A stretch of DNA of 61,570 bases, filler included, from Sphacelaria rigidula (Eukaryota): NCBI GenBank assembly GCA_964200075.2. It is 9 parts of 9 records of this genome, joined end to end, with 100 filler letters (N's around TTAATTAATTAA, not from the genome) between each part and the next. Parts side by side here need not be neighbours in the genome. Positions count along the whole stretch, not along the records: positions 47,967 to 54,718 come from CAXNAA020018253.1; positions 54,819 to 61,570 come from CAXNAA020018254.1; 7 more parts are not named here. One strand, written 5' to 3'. A program made the position numbers and the translations under genes. Shown piece after piece: positions 50,901 through 61,570 of the stretch. The stretch's first letter is position 1. Each line of letters begins with the position of its first letter. Below the pieces are notes generated by a model that saw nothing but the letters and a program-made list of their open reading frames with translations, made no database searches and had not been told where the DNA came from.

Positions 50901-53900
50901 CTGGCGAGGCTACAGCATCTAGTGCGTGTAAACGAGGGGATGTTTCGGCAAAGGGTGAAGGCGATTCGGCTACACTATTGAATTTTCTATCCGTGTTAGC
51001 TGGGGACAACATTGGCAAAATAGGGGACGAGCGGTCAATCTTGGACGGCTCGTCAGCCACTACGCTATGTTTTCCTTGTGATAAAGACTTAGACGGGAGG
51101 TTTTTATGACAAGGAGACGAACGCTCAATTGGCAGCGAGGTATCTGACCAGAGAGGTGACAGCGCTATTACAGTGGTGGTTTTTCAGATAGTGCATGAGG
51201 GTTCGGCAGGGAGTAGTGTTGATCTGTTCGAAATCTGGGAAACACAGGCCTGGTCGACAGTATCGCCTTTGTTCAATTAAACACACACCCTGTTCACGAT
51301 CTCGGTGGACGGGTGCAACTGCGCCATCAGGGATATTTTATGAGGTCATCCGGAGGAGCCCGCCGAGGGTGACGCGTATAGCGCACCAAAGGTTCGGCTG
51401 CTCCGCGGGCTATTGGAAATTGGTCAAGGACAGTCCACCCTTGGTCATGCTCGTGGTGCTCCACCGGCGCTGTTACTTGGGGTTCCTTCCCAACCCGCTG
51501 AGCGACGGAAAGCCAGGGATCGACACGGTTGCGCTCCGTGCACAAACAATTACGCTCACCAAATGAAAGGGAACCGAGCACCGACGTCATTTCGTTCGTC
51601 GGTGTAACAGGGGTCGGCTTGGCGCCTAAGCCTGTTTGGGGGCTGGTGTGTGGCCTTGAATATATTATCCCATAATGAACGGTCGCAGGTGTAACAACTA
51701 CCGCGCCAAAAGATGTGCCTGCTTCGGGGGCAGGAGGTGTTACACTACATGACTGCCGATCCCGCGAGGAGAAAGGATACAACTGGCTATGATTGATACC
51801 ACTTGGGGGTAAAACTAGGTGATCAGCTCCATAATCAAAACACTGGGGTTGGTCAATGCGCAATTGGGAGTCATGCCATGATGCACGGAATTCTGCTGCC
51901 ATGGAACCCATCATGACAGTCTGATCGAGCCCAGTGTACGCGCACCACACACCTGAATCTGTGCCGTACGGCATTGATTCAGCTCTGTGATGTGTGTCTA
52001 CTGGCCGAGCGAAAAAAGCAGGGGGGCACTTCCGCGGCGTCTTGCCGTTAATCGTTGGTTCCTCAATGTGGGTCTGTGGCGGGCAACGGGGAATGAGCGC
52101 AAAGTGCAATCAGAACATGTGGATTGCGACAGCACAATTACGGGAGCAGTCGCACACTCGGGGTTACCCCACTATTTGCTATTCGGAAACGCGGGGTTTT
52201 CTACATTTCCAAAACATCGGCAGGTGGTGCTTTTATCATCAGTGGAGGAACGGTTCTCTTGCTGGCGGGGTTCTGCCGGTGCAGCAGGTCCCGTTGTGAA
52301 CGATTGGTGAGCAACTTGTGACTGAGTGTGCATTTGCGGATGAAAAGCGTACGGAAAAGAGGGGGGCAGGCTCGGGCGGGCAGCGTCGGCTAGCTGAGCC
52401 TGATAGTAGGGTTGTTGGTACTGTGTATTGGGGGCGTGGGATTCGTTACCGTAGTGGTGATTCCCGCGCCGTGAATGTTGTGTTGGTGTGAATTGCGGGC
52501 GTCGACAGATTGAGGGCGGCGATAAGAACGCATGCGCGCTTGCCAAGTCCGCCAATAGTGTGTATATTGTGGGTCAAGGAACATCGGGTCAAGTATACCA
52601 AACGCGTTCGTGAAAGGTTCTTCACAATGGCGCATTGAGAGCATCGAGACGCGACCGTCCGTAGAGTACCCCGTCTGTTCGTCGTACCAAATACCACAGT
52701 TTAGGCAGCGGTGCTTACAATAGCGAATCAATTCAGTCCTGAACTTAGGATCTACATCACGAGCCCAGAAGGGGGGATCTGGGTTATTCATGGAAGTGCT
52801 AACTTGGAAAAGCTCAGGCCATGTTTCTGCTGCAAAGGGCGAACTGGAAAATTGAGTGGCAAACGCGTCAGAGTGTTGTACAGAGGCTGTGAACATGGCC
52901 TCACCAGGTGTGGTCATGGACCCAGGAGTTTACGCAGGCTGACTCGCTTTAGGGCGAGTAGACTGCAATCGTGACGCAGTAGGTGCGGCTACCGGAAAGG
53001 ACGGTAGAGTGACGGAAGCATGGGCAGTGCCGCCGCTCGGGGAGGTGCCAGTATGTTTTGCATCCGTCGCGTCTATCGCCGGGGTCCGGTCTGACCGCAA
53101 TACATCTAACTGTCTCTACGTACTATCGAGGTCGGGGAACGGAACCGAAGCGGTTGCCGTATCGCCCACAGCACAGTCGGCATCAGGCTAGGATACTGCC
53201 GTCCCATACTGAAACGGAAAAGACTCATTACCATCTCCTGTGTAGGGGCTAGCTAACGCCCACCGTCAACCGTGACAGAAATCAACGTACGTAATTCCTT
53301 CAGATACTGGTCAAATGTCGTATTTACCGGTACCTTGAACGTGAGAAGGCGTTCGATTGATTCACCGTCATAGCTTGTGTTAAGTGAGGAACTGATCCAT
53401 ATGAGTAACAATGTGAAAGCGTCATATCCGCTTGTACCGAGCGTCATGTTACGAGCGACTTGATCGAAGTGAGTGTCGAATATGGTGGACAACTTCGTAG
53501 CCTGCGGGGTATTTAAGTCGAGGGCACCTTCGAGCGCTCGGTGTAGCGGACGGAGCCATCCGTCGACCCACGTACTAGGCTTCAGGAAGACGAATTGCTC
53601 ATCACAGATTGTAATGATATAAGTCATTACAGCTGTCACAGATTGCCGTAGTTGACAACATGACAGACCTGCATCTGATCCTGCTGAAAACGGAAGGGAA
53701 GGTTTGACCTCACCCACGAACGTGAGATCCGAATTCAGATATACACGGCGCACGCTTGACGGATTACGGGGCAGGAGGAGCGGGGAGGGGCTACTAAGTG
53801 GTGCAGAGATCTCAGAGGAAGAAACCTGTACGCGTCTGGTGGTGGGTTTGATGGTCTTTGGTTTCTTCATTTTGATTGCCGCGTGTCGCTGTTTGGCGAC

Positions 53901-54640
53901 ATTAGACGAGAGAGGGAGAGAATCGGCAAAGGTAGGCGGCACAGAGCGGAAGGGAGGGATACGCACGTTTTTATCTGAACCCTCGGTACTGGCCGACTCA
54001 CTATCAGACTGGAGGGATGCCGGCGGGTAGTTGAAAGTGGGTTAGCGAACAAAAGGTGAAGGGGTGCGCGATCGCGGTTAGTTTATCCCTGCGGTCACAT
54101 CAATATCCTTCATTTGGGTTTTTTTCTTCCCTTGGATGTGCCATCCATCGACACCCCACTTGTCTGGGGTTCACGGAATGTATAACCGAGAGGCGGGGCT
54201 CCTCCACCGTAAAGGCGGTTTGTACCACCGGTATTTTGCAGCTGCTGTGCTGACATGATTTGACCGTGTTCGTAGAAGGTTGTGCGAGTTTGTTCAATAT
54301 CCCTGACCAGCCCGATGAGGGGTTGTACGTAATCCTTACGGATTTCGCGACTTGTGTCGGAGAGAGGTTGAGATTCAACAGTTTGTACTACCCCTGCGAG
54401 CGTGGCGGTTTTTCGGTGATGGGAAACCCTGTGAGCAGGCCTCTAGCCTTTTCAGTCACGGGGACAGTGAGTCTCCATGCGTGACACGCATACATCAGAA
54501 GGTTGGGGGGATCAGCCGATAGGGTCTCCACACCAGAAAGATAATTTGTGTTTGAGTGAGAATCCTTGGGGACGATCTCAGGGGCTGCGTGAGTTACAGA
54601 TGTCGTTTTGGTAGCCGCCGTAGCATACAACGAGGGCCAT
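47967..54640 (-). mobile_element. Decayed Ty3/Gypsy-type retrotransposon (gag - long spacer - protease-like - RT - RNaseH), truncated by contig end
   Basis: RT 48710-49591 (SPWASPLVVV, FDMQSGYHQL, TPLGLYEWLVIPQG, YLDD); VDVLLGRDSW protease-like motif in 49610-50524; gag-like pieces at 52390-53966; RNaseH remnants (FTDCLFITSR, GPQNVNADFLSRLP) below 48700. Confidence 0.9.
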
Positions 54641-54644
54641 GGTT

Positions 54645-54718
54645 GGGTGTACTCATGATCATGCATGCCATAGTCATTAGACCATTAACCTCGCACCCCT
54701 ACAAAGCCGGGACGAAGC
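54645..54718. repeat. Right end of the 3986-family element directly upstream of the Gypsy gag region
   Basis: GGGTGTACTCATGATCATGCATGCCATAGTCATTAGACCATTAACCTCGCACCCTACAAAGCCGGGAC. Confidence 0.8.
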
Positions 54719-54818
54719 NNNNNNNNNNNNNNNNNNNNNNNNNNNNNNNNNNNNNNNNNNNNTTAATTAATTAANNNNNNNNNNNNNNNNNNNNNNNNNN
54801 NNNNNNNNNNNNNNNNNN
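54719..54818. other. Artificial contig spacer
   Basis: N44-TTAATTAATTAA-N44. Confidence 0.98.
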
Positions 54819-55310
54819 AGGGCAAGCGGGGGGGGGGTAGTGGAGAACGGAGGGGGGGAGGGAAAGAAGATGGTTCCCCCCCCCCCCCCCTCACGATGGT
54901 CTCATGACTATGGCATGTATCCATGATTTTGAGTACACACACACACGCACACACGAAGTTTCCACCACTTACTCCAAAGCTGTGAGTTTTCATGGTGTGG
55001 TCCCCATCTCAGGTCTTTTTACGAAATGAGTAGACACTCCCGCCTACCCTACGAACTTCGTACTTTCGAACAGTGGTTCTAGAGCGTATCTGGATGAACA
55101 TATTTTCAGGTCGCCGCAGTCCTCAACACCCCGAGATGGACATTACACTACCGAGGACATTTTTTGTTTCGCTTTCATTCGAATGACCCACGCTGAGCTT
55201 GGTCAACACCAGTTACAGGAGAGAGAGTCACTGCAGTGCAGCAAAGGTCACCTCAGTACATGCCACTGCAGGATATGGGGAATATGTACGGTGAATCATA
55301 AATTAATCAG

Positions 55311-55626
55311 GGCCCGATCACTTCCCATCCGCCCGGACTTGCCCACTGAAATAAATGAACAGTTACTGCTGCGCGCGGCCACGCTCAAGAACGGCGATCC
55401 GGCGGGTAAGGAGCGCATCGACGCCCGCGGAGGCACGCTCATCTTGTCGGGGGAGGATATTGTGTCCATCAACATCAAGCGCTTCCCCATGCAGTATGCC
55501 CCCCGCCCGACCGGCCTAGGCACTGATTCGGATATTGGAGGCAGGGTGGGTGCTGGTGGCAGGAGCGGCGGCGGCGTCCGCGGTCCTCGAGGTAGCGGTT
55601 CCACGGCCGAGAGGGAGCTGCAGAAA
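55311..55626 (+). CDS. ATXN2: Ataxin-2/Pbp1-like protein: exon encoding the C-terminal Lsm (SM-ATX) part and linker
   Basis: LLLRAATLK...GTLILSGEDIVSINIK...TDSDIGG...ERELQK; CAG/GTGAGT boundaries. Confidence 0.75.
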
Positions 55627-57797
55627 GTGAGTTGACGATGTGATTCCGCCGGGTTGCGTTGATTGGCATGGAATTCCTGTACTGGAGGAGGGGAAACAGG
55701 GGCGTCATGATAAAGGTACAAGAGCGCATGATCCTGTCGAGGCGTTTTGAGCGCATACCTCAACACTGTTGTCTCCCTTGATGGTTATCAAATTATTTCC
55801 CGGGGAAGGAGTTATGTTTTTGTCACTGATGAATCTCATGTATTTACACCTATGATGGACCTGGGAAAACGCGCGGCTCTTGCCCCTAAGCTCGAAACCC
55901 CCATAGCCCTTCGACCGCCAGCGTTGTCTCGTAACAGTATTTCCTATGCTGACATTTCGAGGCACTCTTTAAGTGGGGAAGGGGGGGCGGGGTCGCGGAT
56001 TCCCCCGTCGTAGGAAAAATATTTGCTTGATGAACTGTGCGTGTTTCCAGGAAACTTGCAGGCCGGGCAACAGCCCCAAGGGTTTTTGTAGAGTCACTGT
56101 TTTGAGAGTTTTGAATAGTCGAATGATGGATCATGTTCCTCTACAGATCGTGCAGTATCGCCCGCTTGTTGGTATAGCTATATTCAACCTTTTCTTCAAC
56201 CACTACCGAATTGTTGACGCACTAGGCCACAAGGGGTAATTCGTGGCTCTTGGCGCAGCTTTCGCGCCCCATCTCTCCTTTCTGCATCAGGACTGCGGTA
56301 CAGTGTTGTAGAAAGGCAGAAGCAGAGGTGTAGACAACACAATACTGTAAGCGGTCAAGAACGACACGTAGCTTGTTCTATATATTGACTTGCTCAGCGG
56401 CTGATGAAGGAGCACGTGTGTACGGTACAACACATCGGAACATGCTCCAGGTGTCCTAGCATCGCTCCGAAAGTACCAAGACGGTCAGAGAACAGGCAGA
56501 GCGTATCTGTATGCGTAGATATCGCAGTAGTGATGGTAGCCAGCAGGTACCACTTGATTTGTTGATAGGTTGGAGGATGACTGTGACAGGTCCCCTACAA
56601 ATCCAGTCGCACGCACAAGAAACTCGAGTAAGGGGAATGATTGAGAAGGGGAAGCAAGGGGAGAACTGAGGAAACTGTACAGACGGAAGTAAAGTATGTA
56701 GACCCGCGGGTATGGCTTAGTGAAAGCGTACATGCGTGTGTCGTGTGACTTGACTCGAAACCGGTAGATTTTTCTCCCGTGCGAATCTCTGCACGAATGT
56801 TCAACATCAACCTGGTTCATCTAAATAGGCATGCTTCTTGTCACTTCGAAAACATTTCCCGAGTAAAACCAGCCATGGTCAATTGTGGGCAGTCTGTGGC
56901 AGGGGGTGTCGCGGTCACCCAGGTTTCTTTGCCTGTCAGATGGGCATCAATTTTACTTGAAATACGACACTTTCTCAGACTCCCAGCTGAAATTGTTCCG
57001 GCCTTCTATCGGAGCCTCGGACGGGGGAACCTTATACTTGACCTCCTCTTGAAGCACGATCCCTTGATAATGTCGCCAACCTCGCGGGTGTAGTTAAGGG
57101 GGGGGGTTGGCCCCGTCAGGAGCGTCCACATTTTATATCGATGTTTCTATATATGTATGAGTGTAATTGGTATTCAGAAGTTGGCTTGCGATGCGGCACA
57201 AGCCATGCGTCCACTTCTCGTGGTAACTCACTTGTACTAATATTATAATGTATGTGACCACGGGTTCGAAAGATCGAGCTGATGTGGCGTAAATAAAAAT
57301 CATGTACAGTCGATGACCGCCCACTTCACTGTCTGATACGAGTACCACTGTTTTCGAGCTGGACCCATGTTACTCGTTCTTATCTCTACAGAAGGGGCGG
57401 TGGTGGGGCAGGGGGGAGGGATGAGAACATCGTTGTGCCGGCGGAGTCGCGGATCATGTTCCTGGCTTGCGCAGTTCTATACTTCAGATGTTTGCCAGTG
57501 GTTCCCATTCTTGCACCTCCTAGGCGATGCTGAGTAGGTTCCGTAGTTTTTCGTCGTGTACACGCAAGCTGGTGTGAGCGTGTTCCCATCAATCAGCCGC
57601 ATCTGATGGGTGTTTCTTTTCTTTTCCCTTTTTTTAAATTTTCTTCCGCAATTTTTTCTGCTTTGTTTTTGTTTCGTCTCGGGTATGTCCATTTGACCAC
57701 GGCTGGATCCTTGAGGTACCAGTTGGAGTACGACAATCGATCAATCAATGCGTTCGGTGCTGTTACCTCTGTTGCTGCCGTGTGTGAGCACTTCCAG

Positions 57798-57886
57798 GTG
57801 GACACCTCGTGGGTATCGGGCAAGGAAGACCTGTCGTTGTCCTCCAAAGGCGGGGCGAAGTGGGACCAGTTCGCCGCTAACGAGCG
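57798..57886 (+). CDS. ATXN2: Ataxin-2/Pbp1-like protein: exon at the start of LsmAD
   Basis: VDTSWVSGKEDLSLSSKGGAKWDQFAANER contains the WDQFxxNE LsmAD motif; in phase with the previous exon; CAG/GTGAGA boundaries. Confidence 0.85.
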
Positions 57887-60087
57887 GTGAGATTCGATGA
57901 AACACGGTTGAATTTTTGTTGGTCCACCCATCAAGATGAGCACCCTGAAAACCCTCTCTCGCATGGGGTACGTCCACCTGTCGCCGAAACTCGGAACCGA
58001 AAAAGATTACCGGATTTAGGTTCGTATCGTAGAGTTGGGTTGTTTCTTCCGGTTCGTTTCTTCCCCTCGTTATTTGCAAATAACGTGAGCAAACTACAAG
58101 ATGACCCCTTACGGTTCGTTTTTTCACCAGATTCTCGGAAACAAAAATACAAGACGAGGGAAATTTTACGAGATGGACCCTCCTGGCTCGTGTGTTGCGA
58201 GAAAATGCGAGACGAGATCGACTTGTATTTTCCTCTCGTTTTTTCATTTGCGGCGCGGTGAGACTACCAACTCCCGCCAGCCCTTACTATGTTTCTGCCT
58301 TTGACATCTGCAGGACTCTCTGGACAGAAATGTCGAACATCCCCAGCGCCGTTACACACTAGACCAAACTTTGCTTCGCCATCCCGGCGCAATCGAGATG
58401 TCGTCAAGGGCTGATGATCTATTGGCATCGACCGTCCTCTCGGAAATCTACAGCGCAAAGATTACAGGATACTGTTGTCTGTGCTGTCTCATGCAGTGAA
58501 TTGTAGGTGTCAGCTTGCACACAACGGTAGTACGCACGGCTGTAGTAGGAATGATGCGTACAGCGTGAGAAATGTGGACAACGTGCAATACAGACAACAG
58601 CAAGCAGTACTGTACTGTCTATACTGCCGGTTGAACAGTAGGATCCACATGCCATGCTGCACCCAATGGCTGCCGAAAATTATTTGGATGACGTGCAGTG
58701 CAGACAATATGTGGGTTGTGCTGCCGCATTCAACAGTACAGTAGGATGGAAATGTCAGTTTGCCAGTATTGTAGTACAACAACTGTACTAATTATGATGT
58801 GGGCAACGTGCAGTACAGACAGAACTAAGCAGTACAATACTGCCTGTTCTGCCTGCCCCATACGGCAGTATACATGCGCACATGTCAGGTTGGAGACGGT
58901 AATATACAACGGCTGCACTAGAATTGATGTGGAGGAGTGCAGTACAGACAGTATTACTATTTAATAGACGGTACAGTACTTTTGTCTGTACTGCCGCATA
59001 CGTGATATGACAGTGTAGATTGAAGATGTCAGTTTGCACACAGTGCGAGCTGGGCCAGCAGCGATCGGGGGAGGTCTACGTTTCACGTGTTTCAACACAA
59101 AACACAGGGAGCTTGGCATGGCGAAGTCTTTGGGTCTTTGTACCTCGCCTTGGCCTGCACATCCCTTCGATATCCGCTGACCGTCCTTGTGGTACCCACC
59201 CCCCTCAAAAATATATCTGCAACCGTAAGCAAGGGTCAACATCTCTCACAGTATTTTCATAGCGGTATTTTTTTCTCGTAATTTGTTGCATAAAACGAGG
59301 GAAAAAAACGAACCAGGAGAAGTGGCCTTAGGGGTAGGGTTTGTTGAATCCCGGTTCAAACATTTCGGAGAAAATTGCGGCGTGACGCCCTCATAAGTGG
59401 AACATGGTGTTCCTGGATTCCTTTGCGTGAAAAGGTGCATTGGAGGGTCTTTTTTGGCCCAAAAGTACTGGTACAGTCGCCTTTAAAGGAGTCCAAAAAC
59501 AACTGGGTGCACCATTTTTTGTTGTTCAATAAAGCCCACCCACCCAAAAACTCGTTTTTTTGTTCAGTCTTCTCCTTTCTAAGGGACCGTTTTTTTCAGA
59601 CTCTTTCCTCGAAACAGAGCGTGAGTCTTGAGTCGGTACCTACACTTTTGCAGAAGTCGGACAGACAGCTCATGAGCTACCTGAAAATTACTTGTTACTA
59701 GTGTGCTGATTTCGGATCATGAGCTAGCTCCTTTGGGCTCTTTTCCCTAAATTTCTCCCTGCACGAGGAGAGGCGAAAAAGTGGCGCTTTAGCTTCTCGC
59801 ACCCTGCTGTCACGTACCTTGTCTTATTTAACAAGGAATCCGAGGGTCTTCGGCAGTTATTTGTGATTTGAGGTAGCTCATGAGCTGTCCGACGTGTGCA
59901 CTGTTGTGTCGCGGTACGTTGCGTACCACCCCCTTCATCGCATCCTCGTGTCATGGGTTCTTGGGAGCGCCGAAAAGTATCAATCACGGCTTTTGATATG
60001 CCAGTCGTCGTGTTGTTTGCTCTTCTTTGCCCGTCAGAAGCGTGGCGGCTTCCTCCATGAGAACAGTAGAGGGTGGGGGCGATGACG

Positions 60088-60610
60088 AGTGCAGTGCAAA
60101 CGATCATGCGCTCCGTACAGTACAGCACAGTAAATTTGTAGCGCAGTTTGGCTTTGTGCGTGCAACGTGCTCCCACCAGCAGTCGCGATGCAGTTCAGGC
60201 TACTCTTCATGCACCGCAAGTCTGATAAAGACATGGCCATACTGTACACACAAGACGACGCAGTGCTGATGCCGTAGTTTTCCAGTCAACACATACAATA
60301 CAGCATTGTCTGTGCTGCTGTCCGTGCTGCCTGTACAGACAGTGGAGTACTAATCGTACGAATGCCGTGCAGCGAACCGTTGTGCACTCCGCACAGTACT
60401 GTAATTTGTACGCACAGTAGTGCGGTTTGGCTCTGTGCATGCAGCGTGCTCCCAACAGCAGTCGCAATGCAGAACGGATTGTTCATGTACCCAAGTCTGG
60501 TGGACACACGACCGTACTTTACACGCAAGACGGCATAGTGCCGATTCCCTAGTGTTGCAGTCAGTATATACAGTGCAGCACTATATATGCCGTTGTCCAT
60601 GTTGTCCGTA
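60088..60610. repeat. Diverged ~280-bp tandem duplication in CAGTAC-rich DNA
   Basis: GTTTGGCT(T/C)TGTGC(G/A)TGCA(A/G)CGTGCTCCCA(C/A)CAGCAGTCGC at about 60146 and 60425. Confidence 0.7.
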
Positions 60611-61504
60611 CAGACAGTTGAGCACCACGAGTACCGTGCAGCGAAGAGGTATAACCGTCAGTTCCACTGTCGGTGAGTACCGCGAGGCGGTGGGCATGTC
60701 AAGAGTTTTGCATCCTGCAGAACACCATGTATTGCTCAGTCAACAATTACAGTACAGTACGAACTGTACACCACGACACAGCAGCAGGGCGCTGTCTCTC
60801 ACACGCCCCCCAGCTTTGACAAATTTTCCCACACATCTTGTCGAAGACGACGTGAATTACTTTTCTGATTTTGATAACGTCCGCATGACGTAAGAAGGGT
60901 TACTTCAAAAAATCTGTTGATAAACGGTTTATCAGAAGTTGGCTTTTTTTTGTACATGAATGGCCTCACGGTCTTGACCTGGGATGATCTTCGAGCGAAC
61001 TACCGAGTTGGGTAAAACGCGCCTCTTGGTCGATCTCTAGATCCTTCAACCCTTTTGAAGAAACCCACGGGTGATTCTTGTTCATGTTAATCGGTGCATC
61101 ATGAATATGAAAATGATTTACAAAAACAGCAATCGACAACGGGTTACAGAAGGGTCAGCCCATCTTCAGCATATAAAGCGGCAGCTCAAGTTCGTTTTGC
61201 TCGCGATGTGCACAATGTTTTTCTCTGGCTGACTGTGTCAAATGAGGTGGGTACTTTGCCCGTGCTTGGCTCTCATGAGAGAGCGAGTTCGTGTGTGGCT
61301 TGGCGGTAATATTCTCTTTCCCCGTTAGTGGGGCGTGGAGAACGACTTTGGATTAGTTCCAATATTCAGCAGTGCCCAACTGTGATTACAAGGGATGCAA
61401 TGCAGGCGTGCATTCAGGGCAGGATGAAGTTGTTCTGGTGAAAGCCGGAAATACGAGCTATAGTCACAGAACTGCGGAAGTCGACACGTCCAAGATATTC
61501 GAAA

Positions 61505-61570
61505 GGGGGTGTACTCAGGATCATGCATGCCATAGTCATGAGACCATTGACCTCGCATCCCTACAAAGCC
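61505..61570. repeat. Right end of the 3986-family element at contig end
   Basis: GGGGGGTGTACTCAGGATCATGCATGCCATAGTCATGAGACCATTGACCTCGCATCCCTACAAAGCC. Confidence 0.85.

Noticed and set aside
58470..59050. Cys/Tyr/Thr-rich ORFs
   Set aside because: Translation of CAGTAC/TACTGT low-complexity DNA, probably intronic.

Overview
This is not one locus. It is nine separate contigs of 6752-6753 bp (1-6753, 6854-13606, 13707-20458, 20559-27310, 27411-34162, 34263-41014, 41115-47866, 47967-54718, 54819-61570) joined by identical 100-nt spacers (N44-TTAATTAATTAA-N44). The DNA is eukaryotic, with short exons in long GT-AG introns and dense repeats; it looks like a brown alga or other stramenopile (inference from style only). 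Host-gene fragments: an acyl-protein thioesterase/lysophospholipase (4 exons), an ataxin-2/Pbp1-like gene (2 exons), a PPP4R2-like exon and two unknown multi-exon genes. Mobile DNA: a tRNA-derived SINE family, a decayed LINE, a deleted Tc1/mariner, decayed Copia and Ty3/Gypsy elements (one nested head-to-head with a same-family LTR), and many MITE/foldback families. The most unusual contig is 34263-41014. It carries an intron-containing ParB/Sulfiredoxin-fold gene (DGNHR motif) set divergently from a Cys-rich ORF resembling a Sola/DUF7869-type transposase N-terminus. This pair lies between a ~340-bp tandem triplication and a ~38-unit array of a palindromic ~43-bp repeat. All family assignments come from motif recognition by eye, not database searches.
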